A program made the position numbers and the translations under genes. Below the pieces are notes generated by a model, which was given only the letters and a program-made list of their open reading frames with translations, was not told the DNA's origin and searched no databases. A stretch of DNA of 64,000 bases from Syncephalis fuscata S228 (lineage: Eukaryota; Fungi; Zoopagomycota), in NCBI GenBank assembly GCA_025786725.1, contig JAHLTZ010000003.1, positions 558,001 through 622,000 of the forward strand, read 5' to 3'. Every line of letters starts with the position of its first letter. Position 1 is the stretch's first letter. Shown piece after piece: positions 42,505-56,499 of this stretch.

Positions 42505-45500
42505 ATGCGGATGACAACGCCATTCACCGATCAGCGGTCAGCTATTCATCGTCCAAGTATTCCTACCAATAGATACTGGCTTAATAGTAGATTATACGCT
42601 ACTGCTCAAGAACTGAACAAACACCAGAAATGGCGTCTATATTTATCACCACAAGAACTCTGTATTCTACAGACGGCATTAACTAATCGAGAACATTGGG
42701 ATGCTTTAATGCACTTTACACTATCATCATCTATACTCGAATCATCTATTAAAGCAACACCGGCTATTATTGATAGTACAGTAGAAGCAGTAGAAGCAGT
42801 AGAAGCAGTAGTAATAACAACAGATACTGAACAACATGGTGTGCCAATAACCAATGATGAATTAGCTTCTACGCATGTTGATCAACCTGAATCAACACCG
42901 AATATACAACCAGTGACTTTAGAGAAGAAAGAACAAAAAGATTTGAATATATCGATGATTGCCACTGCTTGTAGAGTTCGACAAGTGTTATTTGATCAAA
43001 TGATATCAGAGATTATGCCATCTTATACATGTTGTGAGCCTATTGTACCACCACCTTTTCATTTATTAGGATCTGAATTAGATGAAAAAGAAGAGGAAGA
43101 GGAAGAAGAGACATCAGAATTACCAGTAGTACCTCCTCAACCTCGATTAAGAATTGCTGATGAAGATTTTGACTTTGATGAAGAGGAAGAAGAAGAAGGA
43201 GGAGGAGGAACAAAAGCAAATGGAGAAGAGAATAAGCCAGAGATAAATAAGCAAAATTCATCTAATCTAGAAACTGAAGCGAAGAAAGAGGATACAAAAG
43301 AGCCATTGGCTAAACAAGATAAAGATTTAGTATTGGATAGTGAACGTCCTTATTATCGTTATTTTTTTACCTTTGAAGAAGATGCTCAAGCATCTAGAAA
43401 AATAGAACAAGAAGAACTGTTATTAGTAAGTCATTAGTATATATATATATATATATAGAACATTGATAGACGTATAACCTATAAACATGTATTATTAGAA
43501 ACAACAACAAAAACAGCAACAGTTATTAGAACGATCACCAAGTTTATTAGATGAATTACCAGATATTGATGTAGATGAATTTCAAGTGATTAGAGCAGAT
43601 TCTGTAGAAGCTATGAATGATGCACACTCAGATACACATCATACGGTAATTGGATTAATTAGATTAATAGCAATATTGATATTCATATTTATAATATGAA
43701 TTAATTAGAGTAAATTAATGGCGATATTTGGCACAGTAGGCATTGCGAATATGACCGTAAGTGTCAATTAATATATCAATATACTAATATATTGATATAA
43801 TAATGCATTAATACGTCATTTAACTATTTAATAGCACTTACTCACCTCTATCGAATCACATCGAGATAATATTCCTTTTACGGATAATGAACTGCGATCT
43901 ATTCTACGTGATGTACGTCCCCGTCGATCTAAATGGGCCAGTGATGACCGTGTCAATCAAGAAGAGTTATATGATGCATTTGAACATGTACTTGATCAAT
44001 TAAAGAATTATCGAGTAAGTTTACAAGTTACAAAGTTGAATGTAGTTATTAATAGTGTTAGTAGCCTCATTCGGTTCCATTTCTTACTAAAGTAAGTCGA
44101 CGAGATGCACCAGATTACTATCAAGGTAAATATAAATATAAATATAAATATTATATGTATATATATGTATATTTAATATGTTATAGTAATTACACATCCT
44201 ATGGATTTGGGAACCATGACCAAAAAGTTAAAAGAAATCAAATATCAAAGTAAACAAGAATTTATGGATGATGTAATGTTGATTTACAAGAATTGTATCG
44301 ATTATAACACGGAACCGGTAAATATATTGTTATGTTATTTATACGTATATCTCTAATGACTCGTATTTATAATGTATATGTATTTATACTATATGTATAT
44401 ATGTATATAGGGAAATGTTTATCGTAAAAGTGCTCAAATGATGCAGAAAAAGACGGACCGACTAGCATTACTTATTCCAGATCTACAAATCAAAGATCGA
44501 GCTCAAGTAGAAGCAGAAGAAGAATTGGAGGAAAACAATGATGTAACAGGTCCTTTAACCAATCATACGAATAATAACGATACTTTAGGTAATATATAAC
44601 ATATAATATAAACATATAACATATAACATATAAATATAACATTAAATTAATTAACATTAAATATAATAATCCTTTTAGTTAATATACCCGATTTAATAGG
44701 CACACCTGCATCACCTACACCACAACCACAATCTACAGCATTAACACGTCCATTAATAGAAGACAATGTAGCAACATTGATATCACCATTAGGTATAGAT
44801 GGAGGACAAGATATTGAAATGGCCCTTACACCCAATGATATATCGACACCTATTAATGTTCCTTATCATTCTGTATCAGTGGGTGGCAAGAGTGGAGGCA
44901 AGACAACAATGGATATGAATGGCATTGTTATAACAAGTGAATCGCCTAAATCAATTGGATTAACCCGACCGGTAGATATGACATTGGATACAGCAACCGA
45001 TACACCCGTGTTACTTCATGATATGGGCACAAAGCGTATGATGGCCATAGAAATGGAATCATTATTGGAAGAACAAGCAGAAATGGAGACAGAAAGACTT
45101 GAAGATAATGAAGATAATGAAGATAATGAGCGTATTGATGAAGAGTTCAAGATAAGAAAATAGGACCTATTGCCGTTATACCATCAGTTGAAGAAGATGT
45201 TATCACAACATCATGGCGGAATAGTACATTAGAGAAACGATCTCAATTTGAAGTAAGATATATTGATAGTAATTATGACTATACTGATCTATATGGATTA
45301 TTAGAGAAATAGACGACAAATAATACGTCGTCCATTTATGGAACAAACTGTATTGACTCGAAGTGCTCAATCTATGGGACAATTTATGAAGTGGATTGAA
45401 CATCATGATCAATCTAGTCATACTCCATTAACATCAACGACGAACGATAATAATAATAACGATACTATTAATAATAATAATACATTAATAATAATGATAC

Positions 45501-47772
45501 GACTATTAATATTATTGATAATAACAATAACAACAACATCAATACTGTCGATACTAATAATAATAATAATAATAATAATAATGATAAACCTTTAATGGAT
45601 ATTACAACAATTCAATGTACTGAAATTGATCCAGATTATCAATTGGATTGTGGGATGCCATTGACTTATCAGCCATATTATAATACGACCGAGTATACTA
45701 CCAAGATAAAGTAAGTTTATATACATAATAGTATAATAATAGTATCGTAATGGTATTAATTAATACTGTATTACTATAGACCTCGATTATCTCAGTATAC
45801 TAGTGCAGTCATGCCTCAAGATGGATTGATCGTACCTATTGATGAAAGTATTCATGAATTAAGACATATCCGTCAATTACATGGTAAAATAGCATCAATT
45901 AGGCAAAGTATTATGGCAAGTATTTACTATAATTATTTAGTAGTAAATAACAATAAATCTACTAGATCAATGATGGTACCGGATTAAGAGAGGCTATGCT
46001 GCCATTTTCTGAAGAAGGAGAAGGTCCAGCCAGTAATATGGGCACTTTAGGAGGAATAGACGACACTATGGATACACGAATGGAATCAACCACTAAACAG
46101 AATGTGTTACAAGATCAAACGCTAAGCAATTCAAGTGTTATGATACAACCGAGGTGCCATTAGATCAAGAAACGGCGTTCTCTTTGTTGGCCCATGTATC
46201 GGCTAAATTGGCAGCACATTCAGGATTTGAAGGTAATTACCATGGATAATATTAAGCTACTGTTTATTGACGAACAATTAGTTATAAGTGAAGAGGCACT
46301 TTGTGTATTGACCGAATCAGCAGCTAATTATTTCTCAAATATTGGTCGATTATTACGTAATTATATGGATATTTATACAAAAGAGATGTCTTCAGAGGTA
46401 GGTAATAGGTGTTATTACAGTATAGATCTAATAGATGACATATTGATAGGATATCTTATTACATACGTTATTTGAGAGTGGTATTGATGGACCCAATACA
46501 CTAGCATTGTATATAAGTGAACAAATACAGAGAAATGCTAGTAAATTGGGAGATATTGGACGTCGTCTTGCTACAACCCATCAAGAATTAGTATCCGTAA
46601 GTTAAATAATAGTAACAATAAAGCATTAACCACATGACTATTAATAAATAGGCGGTTGAAGGATCTGATTCTGTATTAATGGATATTGATGCTGAACAAT
46701 TTACAATGTAAGTAATTAATCATATTATAGGATGACCTATTATTAATATAATGTATAGGGGCGATATCTTTAATGAATTCGAAGATGATTATTTGGGATT
46801 AAGAGAACTTGGATTAGAATCAGAATTACATTTACCAAGTCTAAAGGCAAGTATTCCATCATTAATTAAGTAATAATTGTATAATAATATGGTATAAATA
46901 TAAATAGATTCCTGCTCGTTTATGGCGTGGTAAAGCACATGATGGATTAATGAATGGCGGGTAAGTAATTAAAATAGATGTAATTAATTAAACGCATTAA
47001 TGTAATCGTTAATGTTAATCACAACGTTAATCCTATTAATAGTGGTAGTGGTAAGTGAATATTTATTTATAATACATTTTGTTAATTAATTATTATAAAT
47101 AGATCATGGATCTCATTTGGCATTACCCTTTCCACCCCCACCACTATTTGCACCACTTTCATCAACACAGAATCAGATTGGTATATTACATTCATTTTTG
47201 AATCGTAAATTATCTGAATATCCATCCATTATTATTGAGGTAATACTTTGGTTATAGTTATACACGACTACTTATACCTCTCTATTATAGGATGAATTCA
47301 TGCCCAAGACTAAAAAGAAACCAGCTCGTAAACGAGCAGTGGCACGAATAACCACTGCCACCACACCTATTATGGGCGGTGTTCATATGACAACCAATAC
47401 TGCAACCACCAGTGTTAATACAACAACTGTAGTCTCTGTCATGAATGAAGGATCAATAACCCCACAAAAGAAGAAATCTAAAATGTCCCATGATATGGCA
47501 TCTCCCTTACCATCATCGACTAATACGCCACAACATTTAGGTTTAATATCGCCTACACTAGGATCAATGAATGTAACTGCCGAGGTGACTACACCAATGG
47601 ATACACCCATGAGTGAAGTATTGGCATCTCCTACGCCAGTACCCTCCGATAGAGGTGATGCGGTAAGCTATTGGTTATATATATATATATAAAGTGTTTT
47701 ATACTAATATACTATATATACATACTATAGAATGGAGAAGATGACGAGGACGAAGACGAGGATGAAGAGTAG
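42505..47772 (+). CDS. SPT7: SAGA subunit Spt7 (bromodomain plus C-terminal histone-fold), intron-rich
   Basis: Motifs RRSKWASDDRVNQEELYDAFEHVL, HSVPFLTKVSRRDAPDYY, PMDLGTMTKK and NCIDYN; later HSGFE and EDDYLGLRELGL; acidic C-terminus. Confidence 0.88.
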
Positions 47773-47965
47773 AAATGCAAAAGTATTATGTATATTATTA
47801 ATTATTGGCTATTTCTTATCATTAAAGATGTTATTACTTTTACTATTATAACAGCAAATATATTTGTCATTTAGGTTATTAGTAGTTTATTAAATGATAA
47901 ATCAGTAAATAACGCGTAAATGATCATGGGATTGGTGATAGTGGTAATAATGGATGTGGTAATAA

Positions 47966-49048
47966 TTAGTTATCGGCAGTTGATCGTCGTTCCAATAGCT
48001 TACTGACAAGTTCTTGTTGGATTTGTGCTTGTTGCCGTGTTGTCTCGAGTGAGTTTAGTGAACGTAGATCGTTCATGACATCTCGAGTCTTGCCAAAGTA
48101 GACTTGTTGCAAAGTATTGCGCATCTTTGCCTCCATATCCTCGACCATAGATCCAATATTGCCGATATGTGCGCTATAGTCATCAAGTCTAGAGTTGAAT
48201 TCAACTTGACGGGTTAGACTGCCCGATACATTCATACTGCCTAGTGCGGCATTCTCTGTCACTGTATACAGATAATGGTAGAGGTTAGCTTGTAGTAGGC
48301 ACTTCGACTACGTTCAACTGCCTCGAATACATGGATTGAGTCCCAAGCTCCCTTCATATTAGAATCCTCATCGTTAACTAGGCAGTTGGAATAAACAAAA
48401 AATAATAGATTAGAATACTAAGTGTAATGGTGTGGTTATTAATGCATTACCTTTTTTAATTAATACAACGCCAGCAAATCCACCTTCTATATCCCAGAAA
48501 TAGACCGAACTGACACCGCCTTCGTAATACCTAATAATAAGTAGTTAGTATATTATATTGATAACAACTAAGTTAATAGTTCAATATGTTTACATTTCAC
48601 GATAAGTATCAAAGGCATCGTTGGCGGCCACTTCTAATTTACGTAGAGAACTTGATGGCAGGTTGCCATCGGCCAGTGGTGGATCGTATTCATTGGTCCA
48701 TGGAGATCTATATAGTTTGCCTATTGTATTAATAAAAATGAAGTAAAGCGTATTATTATTACCGATAAGAGTCACCATCGCGGTTATAGTCACAAATCAA
48801 ATAGTCACGACCGGATTTTGGACAACGCTGTACTCGAAGTGGCTGGTCAACCGTTGAAAGTAATTCTTCGGCAAGGTGCGGTGCCAAATCAACAAGTGAC
48901 GTTAGATTGTTTTCCATATTTTGTGGCGGCAATCGACGCATCAGGTCAAGTGCACAATCTAACTGGTCCGTCTAGATGTAAATAGACCCGTGAAAGAATA
49001 TTAGCGGTGTTAGAATAAGCAAGTGAACACGACAAGTCAACTGACCAT
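47966..49048 (-). CDS. CAP2: F-actin capping protein beta subunit; first exon is ATG only
   Basis: M|[61 protein letters not shown] and [13 protein letters not shown]. Confidence 0.96.
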
Positions 49049-49384
49049 CTTAAAGATGGGTATCAATAATAGCCGTGGTTGATGGCGAATAAGTAATAAA
49101 CAGTAGACAAGTTAAATAGACCACTGTAATAACTAGTCGAGTAGTTAGTTGTAGTCAGTTAGTAACTATTGAGAAAGACAGAGTAGCTATGGTTAGAACT
49201 AAAGGGAAACGATGAAATATTGAAACAACGAATAGACACGAATGTTAAGTGTGGTTGTGATGTGTGTATTCACAGATACACTGGAATAGAGCTGACGTAT
49301 ACACATATATATTTTCACTTTCTTTTTCTTTTATTGCTACAACAACTACTACAGCTTGTTACTATTGCTGTTCTTGCTATTACT

Positions 49385-51173
49385 ATGGCAGATACTTTTT
49401 CAGTGATCTCTCCGGTTGATTCTCAAACACTAGTCACACGCCCTAATGCGTCGTCAGCCGACATTAATGCGGTATTGAATAAATCGCTCGATGCATTTCG
49501 TAGCTGGCGTCGAGTAGCGTTAGCTGAGCGTATTCGCTTAGTTGAGCGTTTTGTTGATGCTTTTGTTAGTAAGAAGGAAGCCATTGCTAAAGAATTGACT
49601 TTGCAAATGGGACGGTAAGTGATAAAGAAGCCTATGGTTGACCATAGACTTATATACACACACATATATATATATATAACGACAATGTATAGTCCTATTC
49701 GGTATACAGGCGGTGAAGTCGATGGATTTGCGTTTAGAGCTCGTTACATGACATCAATTGCTGCTAGTGCCCTAGCTGATGTAACAATGCCCCATGAAGC
49801 ACATGCCACCGCTAATTCTAAGCGATTTATTCGACGTGAGCCATTAGGACCAGTATTAATTTTGGCCGCATGGAATTATCCATATCTTGTTTCCGTTAAT
49901 GGTGTTATCCCAGCCTTGTTAGCTGGTAAGTCATTAATAACAAATAATACTATAAATAGTGTAAATGGCTAATTATTGTTAAAAGGTAATACGGTGGTGT
50001 TGAAGCAATCACCACAAACACCACTCTGTGCTGAACGCTTTAATGATGCGGCTAAAGAAGCCGGATTTCCTGAAGGCGTGTTTCAAGTAAGTTATTTGAT
50101 TTATTAAATAAATGAATAAATATATTAAGTGTTATTATTACAAACTAGTATTTGCATATGACGCATGAAGCAGTTGGAGTAGCAATTCAACACCCAGCTA
50201 CGGCCTACGTTAACTTTACCGGCTCGGTTGAGGGCGGTCTAGCCGTGCAGCGTGCAGCTTCCGGTCGCTTTATCGGTGTTGGCCTTGAGTTGGGCGGTAA
50301 AGACCCGGCTTATGTAAGAGCTGATGCCAATGTAGCTCATGCTGCGGAACAACTAGTCGATGGCGCGTTCTTTAATAGTGGACAAAGTTGTTGCGGTATT
50401 GAACGTATCTACGTGGCCAGCAAGATCTACGATGCATTTGTAGAAAAGTTTGTAGAAGTTACTAAGGTATTGACTATTGATTTAATGACGTGTATGTAAA
50501 GATTAACGATGGCATAATAGCAATACAAGTTGGGCAATCCACTTGACCCAGAAACTACACTCGGTCCGATGGTGCGTACAAGTAATGCAGAAAATGCACG
50601 AGAGCATATCCAAGATGCATTAAGCCATGGTGCGCGTGCTCTTGTGGATCCAAGTCATTTCCCAAGAAATGAGGTATTTATTTAATATAACATAATGTGT
50701 ATATAGGCATTAATTTGTCGATAATGATAATGTTAGGAAAAAACGCCCTACCTGGCACCTCAAGTCTTGGTGGATATTAATCATACAATGCGTGTTATGC
50801 GTGAAGAGACTTTTGGTCCAGTTGTAGGCATTATGAAGGTAAGCTTTGAAAAATGATTGATACAGTAATTCAATAACACTACAAACACCATCCAGGTTGA
50901 GTCGGACGATGAGGCTATTCGTTTGATGAATGACAGCTCGTACGGATTGACCGCGTCCATTTGGACAAATGACGTGGTGGCAGGCGAGGCATTGGGCGAT
51001 CAACTGGAACGGGCACGGTATTCACCAACCGTTGCGACTATCTCGATCCGGCACTTTCCTGGACAGGTGTAAAGAATTCAGGCCGTGGCTGTACATTGTC
51101 TCGTTTTGGATTTGATGCGCTAACGCGTCCCAAGAGCTACAATGTTAATGCACCACCGGCAGCTACACAATAA
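49385..51173 (+). CDS. NAD(P)+-dependent aldehyde dehydrogenase (multi-exon; 1-nt frameshift ~51008)
   Basis: Motifs AWNYP, FTGS, LELGGKDP (catalytic Glu), FFNSGQSCCGIER (catalytic Cys), EETFGPV and YGLTAS. Confidence 0.93.
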
Positions 51174-51363
51174 GCTTGATCGATTCGTTGATTCATTGAT
51201 TTGTTGTGTGAAAGAAGTGGCAATTAAATAAATTATAATATTGATATTGCCAAACTATTTATCATGCTATTAATGCAACTATAATAATATGAATGATGAT
51301 TGTGAAATGGCTATAAACAAATGTATAATTGTTTATTTCTAGTCTAATGCGCGTGTTTTTAAA

Positions 51364-52663
51364 CTATAACTGACGAAATGTTGAAAACCAAAATTTTGAG
51401 ATATAGTCTTGTGGTGATGGTCGAATATCTGTATCGACCGTTAATAGACTTGATGCCATGGGCAAGATATGGTCAAACATATCGTATAGCTGACTACGTA
51501 TAGGAAATCTGTTGGATGTACCTCGGTTTTTATGGTATATACTTTCTATATGTTTCTCGTATTGAGACTGCGTACGACCTTTGCGTTGACCATCTACCAT
51601 CATGTAAAAGCCAATAAATGACGTTTGATAAAAAGTATACGCTGTAACTATAACGCCCCACGCATCACCCTTTCGTAAATCGTATTTCTCGCCTGAGAAG
51701 TATTCTGGTGCATAGAAGCCAAGTGTACCAGTTAATGGTCTTGATTTTAAAATGCTATGATCCACCGCAGGTTGAAGGGGGCTTGAAATGGCAAAGTTGA
51801 CTATTGTAATACGTAGTCCATGAGTTTTATAATTCTCATTGACTAGAACATTGCTCCAATTGATATTGTTATGCGTAATCATGGCTGAATGAATAAACGC
51901 AGTACCTATAATAAGCAAATGAATATAGATATAATTAAAAAAATAGAATTAGACGATGTGTGTGTGTGTGTGTGTGTTTGCGTATATTGACGTACCTAGT
52001 AATAATTGCCTAAGTACATCACTTAAATAATAAAATCTTTCATTAGCTGAAAGTTCAATCGACATGTCGCTTAATGGCTTGAAGCCACTTGTGCCATAAA
52101 TGATGCAATGATAATTGTCGGCTGGAAAAAAGTGTTTGCCACTTGCAACCCATTGTGCACCTTGTTGCCACTGGTTGGTTACATCGTCATGTGCCGCTTT
52201 TAGTGTCTATTAGTGTTATATTATTATTATCATCGATCAGTATTAAAATTATTACACATATATTACTTACATCATAAGCATTTTTTTCAACTTTATACTC
52301 GTTTTCATCGTAGAAACATTTGAGGAAAGCTCGTTTAGTTTTATAAATCACTTCGGCAGTGGCAATGGCGCCGGTTTGTTCGTCCCATTTTTTAATTACA
52401 AGACCATCTTGTCCATAAGGATTGGGGTCGGTTAGATCCGCCTGTCTTAATGGTGTAAATCCTTCTGGTAATACCTCGGTCGATAGTTGTGATCTTGTTG
52501 AGCCTGATGAATCGCTTCGTGCAACAGTGGTGCCACTAATACCACTATTGCTGCTAGATACCGATGGCGATAGTCTTGGTAATGGTGTTAGTGATACTGC
52601 ACTAACACTTATGATTGATAAAAGTAAAACCAATTTAGTTGTTATAAAAGTACGGCAAAACAT
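51364..52663 (-). CDS. Secreted protein-kinase-like protein (predicted pseudokinase), 3 exons
   Basis: Signal peptide MFCRTFITTKLVLLLSIISVSAVS; kinase motifs AFLKC (beta3 Lys), HNNINWSNVLV, IVNFA, GTLGFYAPE, KGDAWG and RPS. Splicing out the two introns (~52209-52269 and ~51907-51994) gives an intact frame. Confidence 0.75.
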
Positions 52664-54939
52664 GATGCAAACTTTTTCTAAAATCTATATATGCGTGTGT
52701 ATGTATATCTAATGAAAACGTAAAGTGTTGGTTAAACAGCAAAAGCACTAATTCGTTTAATGAAAAATGAATAAGATTTTATAAGTAGCTGATTTATATT
52801 GCTAAGTTTATTGTTTTATTATTTTAAACTGCGCAATTTTATCGACTTGAATTTGCACTATAGAAGCCACGAGTCATGTTTAGCAAAGACGTATTTAGCG
52901 CTTTTTGGCCAAATATGTATTACGAGTGGAGGTTACTCATATCAGTCTCCGCTTAAATGTAGTAGTAGTAGTAGTAGTAGTAGTTATTTTTGGAAAACGC
53001 GCATGTCTGTCGTTTTACTTTCACTCACAAGGACAAGAAATCCATGACACTCTTTTACATCGTCCCGATAACCAATCCTATTTTAAAAACAATAGCACGC
53101 TTTTTTGTCAATTTAGTATAGACCAATCCTATTCATTTAGTAAGTTGAATGTTATGGCAAAACCAAATCAATAGCCATCGGATAAACCGTGTTATTTGGT
53201 TGTAATACCAAATAGAACCCCTTTTTAATGCAAAATCACATCACGTTTCTTTTATCCACGTGCCGTCCATAGATTTGGAAATCGACAAACACTTAATATG
53301 TAATCGTCTTAGGCTAATTTACTTTTTAATCGCTATTTTTAATAAACAGTAAACTACTAAATTTAATTTTTTTAGCATGTTGTTATTAAAATAAACTTGA
53401 CATTGGGCCATTCAACACACAATAAATCGCAATTATTGTCTTATTAGTGCTGATTATCATTGATGGAAAGATTAAGCACCAAATAATATTACATCCATTT
53501 GAAGCAAGATTTGAGCAGATTTCCAGAATGCTATTGCATCCATATGACAGACGGCTAGCTGTCTTACCATGTGCTTTCGTGCAAATCTATTTGTGTTTTA
53601 TACGACATGCGTCTGCTTGCAATATACCCGGACTTAATTTAGCAAACTATTTTTATACATTTTCTACGACATAATAGTATTTTTAATTCTTTACTCAGAT
53701 GCAATGGTTACTCTCATGACCTTGAATCGTGCAATTTTTCCGACCCTTGACGTGCCATGCGACGGTGCGAGCCGTCTCCCGCATATCATAAGAGTATTAA
53801 TAATGTACGCGATAATCAGTTCCATTAGTCACTATTGTACCGGTTATTGCCACTGGCCTGTCATCCTTGGGCTGGAATGAATGGGCTTTCTACGTGTCAG
53901 GCTACTTGTTTTTGCGGCATCAAGATGATTGGCCATCAAAGTATTTCCTCGTAGACTTACACCTAATCCAGCAGTGATGTGCGTAATGTACGCGTTTCTG
54001 TGTACCAGTCCATGCCATATAACTGCCACTATAGCTGCCGCTGGCAGTGCTTTAGTCAACGCTGGAACATATCGCTCGAGAAGTGCAGTCGCCTTTTCCA
54101 CTCAAAAGCACATCCATGCTGTTGTTGTCCCACTTGTGCCCATTTACTTGTTCTCTCTCTTAGTTCTTCCTGCAGCCGTATTATTTGTGCCTGCCTTCCT
54201 GTCTGTAGTTACACGAATAAATTGAGCCGGCTAGATTCGACGCTTATTGGTCCAGCTGGCTACCGCGTGCTAACCATGCATGCGTTCGAGTACATAGAGC
54301 AAGTCATCCTTTATCTACCTTTGCTGCCTTCTGACCAATCCGTGGCCGGCAATTCTGGCCACGCGTATGTGACTGACGGGCATAGAAGCCCACCGGTTCC
54401 ATGTTGCACAGACACTATGGTTGAGATGCCAAATTACCGCATGTACATGATTGTCGTTCGTTGACAAGTATCGCATGCTGCAGCAGCATCGTTCTTGCAT
54501 TCGCTCCTAGACAATGCCAATAGTGTACATGCCCCACTCTCCTTGCACGCCATTTCAGCGGGATTGGGTCGGCTTTGCCTTTCCACTAATACAAGTTATC
54601 CAATATAAGCACGTCTAACTTGACGTATAATTCGACCGTTCATACATCCGCCTTTTCTCCAACTTTCCTCTATAGTTGTCGTTTTTGCGATACCCTCTAT
54701 ATTACTATCTACACTATTACAATTATTATTGTTTTTACTATTACATCTACTATTAACAGCTTTATTACACTGAGAATATTGTCCGCACTACTGTTTGATA
54801 TCGCGGTACATCCCTACTCGTTAAATTTCTCGCCTAGTCTATAACCAACCAACATCTTCTTGCCTTTTAGGCTTTTTGTATTAACTTTATTACTTCGTAG
54901 ATTGGCCAATTCGAAGCAAGCACCTTGATTGTTTCCATA

Positions 54940-56499
54940 ATGGTCTCTTTTATTAAGAACGCGTTGCTGCTCGCCTTCGTCGGCAGCGCAATGCTGGCTG
55001 ACCGTGCAAATGCTGAGTGCGATGTTATTTATGTGCGTCGTGAACTGCGTGATTTATCTTCAGAGGAGTGGAGGATTTTTGTCGACGCTGTTAAACAGCT
55101 TATGAATGACAAAAAACCATCGCCTTATGATAACCTTGCAAAGCAACACATAGAACACCAGAGTGAATGTCACGGCACGCCAATCTTCTTGCCATGGCAT
55201 CGTGCTTTCCTAAAAACATTTGAGTTGGAATTGCAATCTAAGGTCCCTGGCTGTGTTGTTCCATACTGGGATTGGTCGGCTGATTCGCAGTCGCCCCACA
55301 ACTCAGAGGTGCTTTCAGAGAAATACCTTGGAGGCAATGGTAGCGGCAAAGATAACTGCGTTGGCGACTCGCCATTCCGTGATTACGTACCTGGAACTGT
55401 AGACGATGGATATCCCAAGTGTATTAGCCGACAGTATAATAATAACGGTAAAATTAACAGCTTCTCGTCCCCAGAAGCATTGGCAAATATCGTTAAGAAC
55501 ATCGAAAGCTTTGACGACTTTAGCAATGCAATCGAAGGCAGTCCTCACGGCAACGTCCACAACGGTCTAGGCTACGGCTTCTCAAGTATGAGCAGTCCAA
55601 ACGACCCCACCTTCTTCCTTCATCACGCTCACGTCGATAAAATATGGTATGATCACCAGAGATACCACGAAAACTTCAAGGACTTTGGCAAAAAAGCTAG
55701 TCCTTCTGCTGAGCTCAGACCATGGGGCATGACATTCCAAGACGTCATTGACCCCAGCAGCAGCAAGATGTGCTACCGTTATGCCGAGCCAGTAAACGCC
55801 TATAAAGGTCAATCAAGCAGTGGGTCTGGACATAACAAACGTCGCCGCTCTCCTGTACCTCATAATCACGACCACAAGGATGATAATAAGCACACCGGCG
55901 AGCACGATGAACACTGCGACGTAACAAGCCTCAGTAATCCTCACGAGATCCCAGAAGACTGGGCCAAGATGAACAATCTCAACATCACCCAGCTTCGTGA
56001 GAACGAGAAGAAACAAAAGGAAACCTACGAAAAACTTAATAGCAATCCTAGCTACGTTTCTCCATGTGCTCTGTGGCATCGTGATGACCTCATGCACAAG
56101 AAGGTCGAGTCTGGTGAAGTCAAGGAATTCTACGCTACAGTCAATGGCAAGAAGGTTACTGTTCCAGTAACAAAGGGATGCAAGCCTGAAGATGCTATTG
56201 CTCGCACCAAGAAGACCATTCTTGATGCTGGCTTGAAGATCCTCACTGGCAATGAGCTGGTTAAACACTTGACATGTGCCATTGGTGCCGGTGGTGTCGA
56301 TGCATTGCTCAACAACATTAGCCAAACTCCATTGCTTAAGGGTCTCTTTGGAGACAAGATATCCGATCTCGTTACCAAAGGAGTAGACGTAAACAATCCG
56401 CTCAAGTACTTCGGCCAGGGTGGTAGTGGCATTACTAGCATTGCTGAGAACTTGATCCCTAATCTGTCCAAAGACGGCAAATTGCCAAAGCTTCTCTAA
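54940..56499 (+). CDS. Secreted tyrosinase / type-3 copper protein, intronless
   Basis: Signal peptide; RRELRDLS; CuA H..HGTPIFLPWHR; PYWDWS; CuB PHGNVHNGLG..SPNDPTFFLHHAHVD. Confidence 0.93.
   Translation: MVSFIKNALLLAFVGSAMLADRANAECDVIYVRRELRDLSSEEWRIFVDAVKQLMNDKKPSPYDNLAKQHIEHQSECHGTPIFLPWHRAFLKTFELELQSKVPGCVVPYWDWSADSQSPHNSEVLSEKYLGGNGSGKDNCVGDSPFRDYVPGTVDDGYPKCISRQYNNNGKINSFSSPEALANIVKNIESFDDFSNAIEGSPHGNVHNGLGYGFSSMSSPNDPTFFLHHAHVDKIWYDHQRYHENFKDFGKKASPSAELRPWGMTFQDVIDPSSSKMCYRYAEPVNAYKGQSSSGSGHNKRRRSPVPHNHDHKDDNKHTGEHDEHCDVTSLSNPHEIPEDWAKMNNLNITQLRENEKKQKETYEKLNSNPSYVSPCALWHRDDLMHKKVESGEVKEFYATVNGKKVTVPVTKGCKPEDAIARTKKTILDAGLKILTGNELVKHLTCAIGAGGVDALLNNISQTPLLKGLFGDKISDLVTKGVDVNNPLKYFGQGGSGITSIAENLIPNLSKDGKLPKLL

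Noticed and set aside
53700-54620. GC-enriched stretch with several overlapping short ORFs
   Set aside because: No recognisable domain or consistent frame; better explained as the upstream regulatory region of tyrosinase 1 (TATA-like at ~54604).
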